Shown: piece after piece, positions 41,863-55,230 of the stretch | How positions within the stretch are numbered: the first letter of the stretch is position 1 | How the letters are laid out: each line of letters opens with the position of its first letter | DNA from: Amoebidium appalachense | Taxonomy: Eukaryota > Protista > Ichthyosporea | Length of the DNA: 64,000 nucleotides | Direction of reading: 5' to 3' | NCBI GenBank assembly: GCA_963693365.1 | Contig: CAVNZM010000008.1 | Span: 1,302,001-1,366,000, forward strand | Notes under the pieces: generated by a model | Databases searched by the model: none | What the model was told of the DNA's origin: nothing | What the model saw: the letters and a program-made list of their open reading frames with translations, nothing else | Position numbers and translations under genes: made by a program

Positions 41863-42309
41863 GCTCTCACGAGACATGTCCCAAATAGAAAATCCAAATA
41901 GAGAGATCCAAATAAGAATGCAAAAAATGCAAGACCAGGTATTTGGAGCAGGGGAAGAGCCGGGGGCCCCAAGCGGGGAAAGAGGGGGGGGAGGTGGGGG
42001 GGGGGGGGGGGGGGGGGATGGGGGGGGGGGGCGGGCTGGAGGGTGGGGAAGGGGGCGGGGGGGGGGGGGGGGGGGGTGGGGGGGGGGATATACTGAGTAA
42101 TAAGTGAATAATAAAAGGGAAAGTCACTAATTATTAGTGCACCGGCACTGTTGTCAGGTTGAAAAAACAGCAACGGCCTACAAAGCTTGAAAAAAAATGA
42201 AAACAGAAGGTTTCGAGATCTTTGCGCAACGACCGTTGTGCGAGGTCAGGCCGGTGCCGTTTTTCATCCAAATCTATTATTTAATTGAAGTAAAATACAC
42301 ACATTCAGT

Positions 42310-42374
<65 letters not shown>

Positions 42375-42554
42375 GGGTGGGGCATAGTAGGCCAGATGCA
42401 TGCTGTTCTGCTCGTGGAAAGGGAAACGCATGTCTACAGGAAATGCATGTCTAGATCTCTGCGTATTACGTATACATAAAAAGGTACAGCTGTACGTACA
42501 GTATGCCACATATCCAACGGTTCGCCGATACCTAAGCCAAGCTATCTGTGTCAC

Positions 42555-43157
42555 CTAAGCCACAGCCGACTGTGTGGCGATGCTTGTGCTTGTGATTGTC
42601 TCCGTGAGGGTTGTGGGCTGCAGCACGGTGCTGGTCTGCACGGCCGTTGTGGTGGCGACCAGCGTGGACACAAGCGTTGCCGTCGCCGTCTCCGTGGCCG
42701 TCTCCGTGAGCGTGGTGGGCACCGCCACCACCTGCGTCTCCGTCACCGTGACAGGCGCGGGGGCGGGCTGTGTCTGTGTGAGCGTGGCTGTGACTGTGCG
42801 CCAGTGCACCTCGGTGGCCACCACGCTGCTTGTCAGCGTGACCGTGGTGGCCGGGGGCGTCACGGTGGCTGTGGCCGTGACGTGCGCAGTGGTGGTGGCC
42901 GTCAGCGTCAGCGTGGCCGTGGTTGTGGAGACAAGCGTCTTTTCTGCCGTCTGCGTCACCGTCTTGGTTACCGTTTTGGTCACCGTCTTGGTCACCGTCT
43001 TGGCCTTGGCCGCACCGACCAGCGGCTGGCTGTCGGCTGAAGGCGCCGTGGCCGGGCTCGCTGGAGCAACAAGGGCCGCTGCAGGGGCAGTTGGGAGGGT
43101 GGCGGCGGCGGCAGAAAGGCCGAAAAGGAAAGCGGAAAGGAAAGCCACGCACTTCAT
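42555..43157 (-). CDS. Secreted Thr/Ala/Val-rich paralogue 3 (200 aa, intact)
   Basis: MKCVAFLSAFLFGLSAAAA...QSAVA*; homologous to 29114-29695. Confidence 0.85.
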   Translation of the reverse strand: MKCVAFLSAFLFGLSAAAATLPTAPAAALVAPASPATAPSADSQPLVGAAKAKTVTKTVTKTVTKTVTQTAEKTLVSTTTATLTLTATTTAHVTATATVTPPATTVTLTSSVVATEVHWRTVTATLTQTQPAPAPVTVTETQVVAVPTTLTETATETATATLVSTLVATTTAVQTSTVLQPTTLTETITSTSIATQSAVA

Positions 43158-43642
43158 CTTTAGAGGATATGTGGGTAGGGTTCAAAGGTGTGTGGCTGTG
43201 ATGGCTGGTTGTATTGGACGTGTGGATTTCTGTTGTCTGTGTGCGCAGTCTGTCGACTGACTGAGGTTCATGTCAATTTTATAGCTGTGCAAGGGAGATT
43301 GGAATGTGATGGCTAAATACCTCCCCCATTCCTATTGACCAACATCCCCGCATTTCATTGGTGGAGAAGTTTGTCATAGATCCTCCACAAAGGCTCCCCC
43401 GCCGGACCCCCGCCCCCCGGACCTGACTGTGTTACCGTCACCTCACCGTACAAGTTATTGCCGCTTTTGATACACACACACTTTAATGCAACTTGACGCG
43501 CGTACGTGTACGGTGAGGGGTGGCCCTTGTCCCATGGCATTCTGTAGACTAGGCCACGCGGGGGCCTATGGCCCTACGCACTATGATATGCTGCCTGCAG
43601 ACGATGCGATAAGCTTTTTAACCAATCAAATGGCGCCAAAAC

Positions 43643-44060
43643 CAGGGTTGGGCTTGGGTTCGCCAGCTTAACCGTATCGCCCTTTGGCCAATCGTAACGG
43701 ACAATTTCTTAATCGTAACGGGTGGGTTCTTGGGGAGCTGCAAGCCCCGCCTAAAACGCCCCACCAGTCGCAAAACTCAAAATACGTGTTTTTACAAATT
43801 GAATACCGCAAGATTACAAGCCCTGGAAACTTAACGGGGCTCGATATTGCACATGAGAAGCGCTGTAGATATGTTCTTGGGGGGGAATGTGCTGATCTTG
43901 AACAGAAATATTGAAAAAAATAGGGAAAATTACATATTCAAGCGTTTATAATGCTACACACCTGATACGAAAGCTGTTACGACGGTACCCTGACCTTATT
44001 CGTATCGGGGTCTCTCGTCAATCGTAATAACGACAATTTATTTTCGTAATCCCTACCCTG
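43643..44060. mobile_element. hAT-type MITE (418 bp) with an 8-bp TSD
   Basis: TIRs CAGGGTTGGG / CCCTACCCTG, perfect TSD GCCAAAAC at 43635-43642 and 44061-44068, and subterminal AATCGTAA repeats. Confidence 0.85.
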
Positions 44061-44263
44061 GCCAAAACAAAACTATTGATTGGTCGATACCATGGGAAGA
44101 TATTTTGTGACTGCATTCCAATGAAGGTCGCTTGCACAGGTAGCCTCAGGTAGGTAGGTATAAAGCTGGCATGAACCTCCTGAACCTCAGTCAGTCGACA
44201 AGAAATCCAGACAACACAACCACATCAACACACCTTTGAACCCTATCCGCCTGTCCGCTAAAG

Positions 44264-44870
44264 ATGAAGTGCCTGGCTCTCCTTTCCGCTTTCCTTTTCG
44301 GCCTTTCTGCCGCCGCCGCCACCCTCCCAACCGCCCCTGCAGCGGCCCTTGTTGCTCCAGCGAGCCCGGCCACGGCGCCTTCAGCCGACAGCCAGCCGCT
44401 GGTCGGTGCGGCCAAGGCCAAGACGGTGACCAAGACGGTGACCAAAACGGTAACCAAGACGGTGACGCAGACGGCAGAAAAGACGCTTGTCTCCACAACC
44501 ACGGCCACGCTGACGCTGACGGCCACCACCACTGCGCACGTCACGGCCACAGCCACCGTGACGCCCCCGGCCACCACGGTCACGCTGACAAGCAGCGTGG
44601 TGGCCACCGAGGTGCACTGGCGCACAGTCACAGCCACGCTCACACAGACACAGCCCGCCCCCGCGCCTGTCACGGTGACGGAGACGCAGGTGGTGGCGGT
44701 GTCCACCACGCTCACGGAGACGGCCACGGAGACGGCGACGGCAACGCTTGTGTCCACGGGACTCCACGCTGGTCGCCACCACCACGACCGTGCAGACCAG
44801 CACCGTGCTGCAGCCCACAACCCTCACTGAAACAGTCACAAGCACCGCCACACAGTCGGCTGTGGCTTAG
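44264..44870 (+). pseudogene. Thr/Ala/Val-rich paralogue 4, frameshifted by a 10-bp insertion (44759-44768)
   Basis: GGACTCCACG is inserted after TCCACG, giving a premature TGA at 44828-44830. The ancestral TAG is at 44868-44870. Confidence 0.7.
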
Positions 44871-46189
44871 GTGACATGAGCAATTATATATAGGGCAATA
44901 TCGGCCGAGGCCTACATTCGGGGCGATCGTGCATATCCAGCACTGATGATACTATGACCTAGTAGCATTGAAGATATTTATTTTATATAAATATCCTGTT
45001 TTGTTCTCGGACGGAGGGAAGTCCCCAGGAGCCTCCTCAGGGGGCCTTCAAACTACTGACTTCCACACCAACCGACTGTAGCCACGGTCGGTTCATGCTG
45101 CGAACATCCATGAACCGAGCATGAACCCGAACTGAACACCAGATCTGATGATTTCATTGGCTCTGGTCAGATCCAGTCCTGACGTAAGTAAGTACGGAAA
45201 CTGAATTCGATTGGTTCCCTAATGTCGACATCGAGATTTTGGATTTCCGTTCGTGTACATTTTATGCGTGCCCGAGTGGAGCACAAGGAAAAGGTCTTCC
45301 AAAATGTTCTACTTCATCAGAAACCTTTTAGTACATTTGAGGTAGTAACTCATTTAAATTGCCTACTTTTTTCTAGATGAAGGTGATAAATATGAGCTTC
45401 TGTCGACATCACATCCTGCCGACCGCTGGACCATGGCACGGCCCTCTGAAAAAAAGAGGGCCGTGACCATGGTCCATGATTCATTCACAAACCGGCAACC
45501 GTAAACGTGTGATATGCAACCAATAGCTGTAAAGATCGAGGTGTTCGGTTAATGGGTAAGATCTTGACAGCATTTGCTTTTCATGTTTTTGCTAGTAAAT
45601 TAGATCGAAAGCGCTATTTTTTTTTTTGAAGATTTACATTATATTCTTACTCCGACATAAAGAAAGTACCCGTTTTTCTCTATTGGGAGCTGAGATATCG
45701 CATAGATCGGGTGTGGAAACGGTTAATGGATAAGGTATAATTCCTACCCTAGTTAAGGTGCTAAAAGTGCAATCAGCTAAGCAAAAACACCATTACCAAA
45801 CCTAATGTACTATGTAGTACACACTTAGCCCAGGTTTTACTACACCCCAGCCAACAATCCCGGTGGGGCAGTAGAATTGAATAGACGGACTTGGCTTCGG
45901 CCCTGGGTGATACATAATTTTATCTGTGTGCTACAAATTTAATCAGGGTAGTATTTAATATGTGCCCTTCTGTAATACTTTGTATTGGACCTGACCAATT
46001 GTAAATACACTTGGCTGTATACGTAGATTTTGATTGTGAACTTGTGAAAGGTGCACCCTAGCTCGCTGCTTCGAGCTTCACAGCAATGGTCCTGAACACA
46101 GATAAACAAACTGTCCAACGATACGTATGCAACTTTTTCAATAGTTGATTGCCCCCTCCAATTAAATTACGTTCTATTGGTATCCAGAT

Positions 46190-46221
<32 letters not shown>

Positions 46222-46297
46222 CGAATATTCCCCCTTCCGGGAAAACACGCACACTTAGTCACACAAACCCACACTCGAGATAGAATGACCGGGGGAA

Positions 46298-46331
<34 letters not shown>

Positions 46332-47697
46332 GTTAGTAAGGGAAGAAACAGGGGACGGGAAGGAAGGAGAGGAGTGTCAGAGTGAGAAGATGGGTCTTGC
46401 AGAGAGAAAGAGTGGGAGAGGGTGAGAGAGGGGTGGGGGAGAGAAGGAGAGAGAAAGGAGAGAGATGGCCTCGGAGAGGACGAGAGAGGGGGTGGGGGGA
46501 GGGGGGGAAGGGGGGGGGGGGGGGGGAGGGGGGGATGAGGGACGAGCATGACCAGTGCTCTGTGGTAGGACATGTTTGCAACATACACACAGTGTGTTTT
46601 ATATAGAGCTCATACCACCGCCAACTCTGTACAGTTATGTGGATGGGAAGGTCAGTGGTGCGCTCTACTAGCTAGCAAGGTTGGAGCAACCCCTCACGGG
46701 TTCTAAATTTAAAGCGCAAGTGGTTAGGATTTTTTTCCTTTCTTTTTCTTTTCCTATATTTTGGGGAGGGGGGCGGGGGGAGCGGGAGGAGGGGGGGGGA
46801 GGGGTTGAGGGGAAGGGAGGGTGGGTGGGTGGGTGGAGGGTGAAGGGGGGGGGGGGGGGGGGTTGGCAGGGGGAAGGGGGGGGGGGGGGGGGGGGACACG
46901 TTTGTGTACTGGGCAGTGGCGGCGGCAAAAGTGGCACCCGGGCACTTTATTCGTTAAATGCTGTGCAAACAGGTACCAAAAACCCGGTGTAATTCTAATG
47001 ACTCAAGTAGTGTGCATATGCCCCTTTAGCAAATTTCGTCAGCCTAGGTGACGGTTTTACTAATCAAACTACAACAAAAAAAAAAATAGAAAAAAAGAAG
47101 AAAAAAAAAGGAAAAAAAAGGCAATGGTAGATTACTAATTTATTCACGTACAGATGAATCTCCCTGAAACTGGCAGACACTTTATCATATGCAGGGCAGC
47201 ATATAGAATAGGTGAGGGTCAAATATATATACAAGGAAAAGTTACTCCTACGTGCATGTGGTAGTTGCTAGAAGCTCGCAATCAACAGGCGGCCGCCTCG
47301 CTTTAACATTTCCAAACTATTATTTCTGTCACTGTCAAAACACCGTGGCTGTGAAGGTGTGCGTGAACACAAGAACTCAAATGCCAAAAAAACCAAAACA
47401 AAAAAACATGAAACAGGGTAAAAAAAAATCTACTATGTACAAGGTTACCAAACCATGAAACGGGGCGAACACAGATCTACTATGTACAATTATCGAACTA
47501 TGATGTTTCTTATTGCTTTTTCAATTCGGAACGAGCGGGGTTAAACAAGCATCACCGAACTTGGCGGGCAACGGCTGTTTGTTTTCAATTCTCACCTATC
47601 CTGCCTTTTCGGTTGCCGGTTGGCTTCCCCCAGAATCTCGTTTGTTGTGGGAAGGAAGGGCGAAAGTAGGAGGAGCCGGGGGGTGGCGGAGGGGGGG

Positions 47698-47738
<41 letters not shown>

Positions 47739-47753
47739 TGTGTGTCTGTGTGT

Positions 47754-47820
<67 letters not shown>

Positions 47821-47868
47821 GGGAGGGGAAGGAGGGGGGGGGGGGGGGGGGAGCTTAAAACGCGGGCC

Positions 47869-49360
47869 TCACAGCATCCCCTCTGGCGGATCATCCATCA
47901 GTTTCACCTCACAGCACCCGTCATCGATAAAGTCTCTATACCCACACGTCTTTCTCCTCTTCCTCCTCAGTACAAGCTCCTGACATGTAGCGTCCGTAAA
48001 TCCCACGCACTTACCCGTCGAAACGAGTTTCTCATAAGGTGCGTATGCGGAAATCAACTTGCATTTTCCCTCCGCTGTTGGACACCCGTTACATTTACAC
48101 CACTCTGTCGTGACTGCGCTGTTGGCAGATTGGCACTCCGTTTTGAACAAAGAGTTAAGAATTCCCGTTCGATTGGTGGTTGGTTGCCCCGCAGGTAGGT
48201 AAGTGAACTTCAGTTTGCCGTATGTAGCACCCAATACAATGGCTCGCTTAACCTCGTTTGTTGTTGCCAATGGGAACATGCTCAGATAGATGGCCCCAAC
48301 ACCTGCAGCCAAGGGAGCGGCCCTGCATGAATGAATGCCGATAAGTGGTGGTTACGATGACAAAAAAAACAAAAAAAACAAAAACAAAAACCGAACACAC
48401 GATTCACATCATTTTCCCCAACACCTGCAGCCAAGGGAGCGGCCCTGCATGAATGAATGCCGATAAGTGGTGGTTACGATGACAAAAAAAAAAAAAAAAA
48501 AAAAAAAAAACCTAACACACGATTCACACATCATTTTATAGGCCATCCTTGAACGAGCCTTAGTTGGAGTTAATTAAGGGGGCACCGGAGTATGGATGAT
48601 TTGATGAGTGAATTCTTGTTTGCCTGCAACCAACCCAGGGAACACTTTATTCTATTATAGCTCGTGGGCAACTGGAAAAAGAGAGCCATCGTAACAGAGG
48701 GGGTGCTTGAATGGGCCTTTTGGAAATTGGAGGTTTGCCACGCATGGTGTGGGGAGTGAGGTCTTACAAGGATGTGCCGTCGGCGTAAGTGTAGTAGTTT
48801 ATTTGGGGGTCGAAGAACTTGATGGTGCCAGACATCACGGCCCGGCCGGGTGCCCACACATCCACACACCTGAAAAGAGAGGAGGTCAGTGTGCTAGATC
48901 GACAACCCCCCCCCCCCCCCCCCTTGCGCACCCACTTCAACCCCCCCTCACCCCCCACCCCCCCCCCATCCCCCCATCCCCCTTCCCACCCCCTCCCCTC
49001 TTATCCGCTCCCTGCGAAACTGGTTGTCACCGTTATTCCTAACATCCCTTTTCTCGTTTTCCCCCACTCTTTCTTTAGGCAATCTGGTGCAAAAACCGAC
49101 ACATGTCGGGCACGTACAAGCAGCCCCATTGATACGACGTGCATGGGTTGTGTGAAAGGAATGGTTTTTGCATTCCCGGAAGATAGAGAGCCTTTGTGCT
49201 CCGGTGAATCTGTGTGTAGACCAATGTCTGTAAACGTCCTAATATAGTTGCCTAGAGTGTATGCGTGTCTGTGCCCACATGTAATTAGCACAATGCATGA
49301 TTGTGCATCTATGCCAGGTGGATAAATATGTGTACTAATGCTACAGGCACCGCGCGCGCA

Positions 49361-49410
<50 letters not shown>

Positions 49411-50199
49411 GGTGCACGCGCGCGCGCGCATGTGTGTACAGAGAGCGGGGGGAGGGGAGGGGGGAGGGGGAGGGAGGGGTGAGGGTCTGCATTGCAAGCA
49501 GACTTTTTGTGTGTCCGTGCCTGAAGGCGAAGCCGCAGATGTGTTTTCAGGGCATGTTTGCGCGTGTGCACGTGTGCCTGTGTGTGTGATTCTGCTATCT
49601 GCATGCATTCATGTGTAAAAGGGGTGTGCATGATGGAATGGGTTGCTATTCTCAAGGTAGGAATTGGCTTGGTTAGAGGTAGGGATGAGGGGGGTTTCTT
49701 ACGGGCCCCAGTTTGAATATTCACATGCCTCGTCCATCCAATCGCTCGCCCCCACAGTAATAGCACTAGGAGCAAACGCCGGCCGATAATCGCATGCGCT
49801 CTCATTTTGATTCCCGGCTGCCACGAACGTAGGAACCCCCTCTGCAGCCAATTTTGCAAAGTATGTTTCATATCTCTCGTCTGTTCCTTTGCCCTCCAAA
49901 GATAGCACCACCGTGGCTCGCCTATTTTTATTTCGGAGGGTCAAAACAGCATTAAGGCCTGAGAGCACGTCATTATCGTCTCCGTACAGTGACGTAGGGT
50001 CGAAGGGGTTCGAAAGACCAAGCACCTGCGTTTGTTTTGTGTGTGTATGTGCATGTGTATGGGTGTTACAGTAGATGAGTTTTGTGTTTTTGCGCACAAG
50101 TGTGCCTGCGTGGTTGTGTGTGTTAGTGATCGTCTACGTGCGTGTGCATGTGTCTCTGTGTGGGTGTCTCTGGATATATGTGTGTCTGAGTATGCGCAA

Positions 50200-50281
<82 letters not shown>

Positions 50282-52901
50282 GCGTGCGCGTGTGCATTCG
50301 TGAATGCGTGCGTTTGTGCGTGTGTGCGTGTGTGCGTGTGCGGAGGTGTGACGTCAGTTATTGAGGACAGATGGGAGGTCTAGGGAGCCAGTATGTCAAC
50401 CAGGTAAATTTGGGAAAGATGGTAATGGTCTTTCAGCGTGGGGGAACATAACACATCCTGCTGTCACTGACGGCACGGCCGGGATACTAACAAACCCCAT
50501 TTACCGTTTTCAACACGACACCAACACCAGCAATTGGCCCCCTCGCTCCACCCGCTAACTTTTCTATTGGGACCCGTTCCATAGTCTGCGACATACAAGC
50601 TCCTTAGATCTGCGAAGAAGAAGGTTTTCTTTCTTTCTTTTTTTTTTTTTTTGAATATAGTATCCCGTTTTGCTCCCGGAGGGACCCCTTGGGGCCCTCA
50701 TGGGGAACTACCGTCTTCCACCCAGCACCGACAGTACTCTAGCTAGGGTGCTACGGTATTGTTAGCTAGCTAACACCCCTTAACAATCCTAACTATTTGT
50801 ACTCACTTAGCCCAGGGTATTAACGTAGAAGAAGAACGATAGTTAGGCCTCTGCAGTTTCCCAAAGTGATTCCTTGCCCCCCTTTCCCCCCCTACTCCCC
50901 CCCCTTCCCGGCAAACCACCCACCCACCCCTCCCTTCCAACGGCTTGGAGTCAAGGGTGAAAGTTGGAAAGACAGAGCGTGTGTTTATGTCTGTGTGTAT
51001 GTGTGCGTGTAGTGTGTACGTGTGCGTGTTGGGGGGGAGGGGGAGGGGAGAGGGGAGGGGGTGAAGGGGGGGGGGGGGGGGGGGGGGGGGGGGGAGCAGT
51101 ACATACCTTGACCTCATACAGATGGCTGTTGTGGGCAACACCCACCATCTGGCCTGTGTGTAAGCAGTGAGTTTCAGTGTTCTGCCAAGAGTGCAGGAAG
51201 TGAGTGTGCATGCATTGGTTTTGGGCGTGCTAGCAATAGGTTTCATTGTGGAAGCACGCAAAAATATTGGGAGGGCACAACCGTCGGGATGGGCAAAAAA
51301 CTGCAGCGAGGGTACGTGCATGGAAAGGAAAGAGAATTGGCGTATGTGCAGGAGAAAATTGTGCATGGATGGCACGGTAAACCCAGGTATATCTCATATA
51401 AAAGATTAGACTAGCCAACGTATATCTCATATAAAAGGTTATACTAGCCCACGTATACCTCACATAGAAGGTCATACTCGCACACATGTATCCCACAAAA
51501 ATGTCATACTAGCCCACGTTTATCTCTTCAGAGGCCCTTGCCAAGATACCAGTTCACATTTATATCAATGCACGTTTACTAACCCACGTATATCTCAAGA
51601 CACTATCCCACGTATATCTCACACACGGATCATTGGCACCCACCTCCAGCCAGGCCTGCCACTAAAGTGCCGTGGCCGACATCATCCCCCGAGATCCAAT
51701 TAAACTGGTTTTTGGCAACGAAAAACGGAAATGCCCTCCCCCCAAACTGCACATGCTCCAAAAATATGCCTGCAGAGGAGTGTGAAAATTGTTAGACGGC
51801 CGCCAAGGCCATGCAGGGCCACAGATGAATACACAGTGGATGGGGTGGGCGGGAGAGGGCCGTAAGAAGGCAAGTGAGAGTAATTAAGAGAACCTGCAAG
51901 CCAAAGGAAAGACGGGCTCATACTTTCTGGCTTCAGGGTTGGGATAGGAAAAGTTAAGGCAGGAGTGGGGGATTTATAGGGTTTTGAGTAAGTGGTTGGG
52001 AAGTGGAACCCGTTTTTTTTTTTTTTTCCCGGGAGGTGTGGTTTGTGTGCGTGCGTGTGTGTTTGTGTGTGTGTGTGTGTTGGGGGGAGGGGGGGGGGGG
52101 GGGGGGGGGGGGGATGAGGGAGGGGGAGCGTTCGATGGTAGGGCAAGTAGAAGGGTTTATGTGTTAGTATGGATGGGGACTAGTCAAGCGTGTCAACATT
52201 CTTCATTATTCGAAGGCTGTGCTGGTGGTGGTTGCAAACTTCGGGGAAAAAGGGAGAAAACGAAAGAAACTTCGGTTAAAGCTCTGCATAGGCAGTCTCG
52301 TTCATTCCCTACTAAGAACATTCACTAGTCTTCACCGTGCATACCCACCCGTGTCAACTATGTATTGGTCCACCCCAGCACCGCTTATTCTCTGCAGGCA
52401 TGTGTCGTTGTCCAGTGGCAGACTATACTGGTTGATACGGTCTAGGCCCCAGGGGTAGTAGCCATAATAGGCTTCCTCATAGACATAGGGGGGGACTAGG
52501 TCGGGATCCACCTTCTGATTGGGCAATAGCGGTTAGAAAGTACTTAGTGGTTGTTTGTTTGAGGGCTATGGGTCATATGTCGTATGGTTGTGCCTGCTGT
52601 TGTTTTGTTTATGTGTGGGTGCATAAGCTTCTTTTTGCATGAGGCATTTTACTAGATACATTTACCTAGGTTAGGGAGCAAACCAAAAGCCTTATATAAA
52701 AAAACAACTGGGCGCCTCACCAGAGGGTGGGACTGGATGGGAGGGGCGAGGAAGGAGGAGAGAGGGGGGGGGGGGGGGGGAGGGGGCAGGGCAGGACATT
52801 TACCTAGGTTAGGGAGCAAACCAAAAGCCTTATATAAAAAAACAACTGGGCGCCTCACCAGAGGGTGGGACTGGATGGGAGGGGCGAGGAAGGAGGAGAG
52901 A

Positions 52902-52938
<37 letters not shown>

Positions 52939-54400
52939 GAGGAGGGGGGCAGGGCAGGGGGGGAGGGGGGAGGGGAGGGAGGGGAGGGGGGGGGGGGGGG
53001 GGCATGTTAAAGGCAAGAGGATACACGACGTGGGGACGAAAGGGACGGAGGAGGGAAGGGACGGAGATGAGCCTACTGGAAATGTTGGGGTTCCAGGGGA
53101 GGAATAGATAAATTGGGGGGGGGGGGGGGAAGGGAAGGGGGGGGGCGGGGGGGCTGAAGGAGAATGTCTGGTGGTGGAGCATGGAGAGCCCCCGGGGGGG
53201 GGGGGGGCGGGGGGAGGGGGGGGGAGGGGAGGAGGGGGAGGGGGGGGGGAAGAAGGTACCTTTGGCTTTGGTACTGCCACCAGGCCCACCTCAAATACTT
53301 TCTGCACTTTTTCGTTTGCTCTAATTGCTTCCACTTGAGCATCCGTCAGAAAAACCTCCACAGAGTTAATTCCATTCAATACTCGCCCAACCTTGGGCCC
53401 AAGGGGGGTTTTGGATTGCGGAATTTGCCTTATTTGGTCAATGAGTTCAGCCAATGAGGTTGCGTTATCGCACATGACCGTGTAGGGCCGTTGTGGGGCT
53501 GTTGCGTTGACAGGGTTTCTCTGAGGATTGATGATGTAAAAGGTAAGTGGAGGGGCCAAACATGACAGAGAACGAACGTGTTAACAGACAAGAGTGTATG
53601 CGGGGAAGAGGTGGGTGCCGGATGGGTGAGAACTTATCACACATAAGGGGGTTACGGGAGGAGGCAAGAGGAACGATGGAGAGAGAAGCCTTAACTTATG
53701 TGGGTGGAATGTGTGATTAAGGGAGAGAAAAGCATGTGTGGGTCGGGGGTGAGAGATGGGGGGGACGGGTGGGGACGGGCAAGAGAGAAGAAAACGGGCT
53801 GAGGTTGTGGTTGTTTTGTTTGAGGGAGGAGGGGGGGGGGGGGGGGTTTCGGAGGGGAGGCCATGAAGTTAGTGAAAATTTTGGCGGATCAGAAGTGTCG
53901 GGTTGGGTCGGAGGGTTTCTACAAAAGCTGACCATCATGCCATCGTAAATAAACAAATACATTGTACGTTTCAAGTTAGCCGCAGTCCCGAATATATTGA
54001 GGGGGTTTTGCCCAGTAGACTTGTGCTTATATGTGCACGCGCACGTGTGTATGTGTGACGTGCAGGGGTTAAATATGCCTGTGTGTGTGCTAAGCGCAGG
54101 CGGGTGGGCAGGCATGTGTGTGTGTGTGTGTGTGTGTGTGTTGTGTGTGTGTATCTGTGTACCACTGTGCGAGAGTGTGGTCTGTGTTCATGTGCACGTA
54201 CCAGGGCCTCCATGCATGCCTCGTTGTTTAAATCTGTGCTTGTGTGGGTGTGTGGGTGTGTGCATGACGGTGCACACCTGCATGTACGGTGTTTGTAGGT
54301 GTGTGTGTGTGTGTATGTGTGTGTGTTTGTGTGTGTGTGTTTGTACGTGTGCGTGCGTGCACGTGTGTGTGTGTGTGTACGTGTGTGTGTGTGTGTGTCA

Positions 54401-54445
<45 letters not shown>

Positions 54446-54446
54446 A

Positions 54447-54535
<89 letters not shown>

Positions 54536-55047
54536 TCGAGATGTGCGCATCTGTCAGTCTGTAAAAAAGCATTTGCAGGCATGTGCGCCACCGTACCACT
54601 GTGAGCTCTTAATTTGTATACGGTGTGTGTGTGCATGCTCAGCTATGTGTGTGCGCGCACGCGGGATGTGGTTGTATGCGTGTGTACGCGGGGGCGTGTG
54701 CGGTATTTTGCGCGCGCGCATGTGTATATGTGCACGTGTCTGTGTGTAAATATGTTTGTAATTCTGTGCATGTGCGCCACCGTGCCATAGCATGATTTTT
54801 GTTTGTGTGTTGATTGTGCGCGTGCAACCTCGGTCTGAATGGTAGCGTGTGTAGGCCACGGTGATTGCGCGCTAGTGTGTGCTCTACGGTGTGCGTGATC
54901 ATAAAATGTGTCTGTGTGTATGTACTTGTGCGTTTTTGCTATAATCAGTGCAGGTGAGTGCAATGGTGTGTGTGTGTTAGTAAGCATGTGCGTGTGTGTG
55001 TGTGCATGCATGCATGCGTGAGTGGGTGCTTATGTGTGTGTCTGCAC

Positions 55048-55078
<31 letters not shown>

Positions 55079-55144
55079 TGCGTGTGTGTGCGTGTGCGTG
55101 CGTGTGTGTGCGTGTGTGTGCGTGTTTGTGCGTGTGTGTGCGTG

Positions 55145-55230
<86 letters not shown>

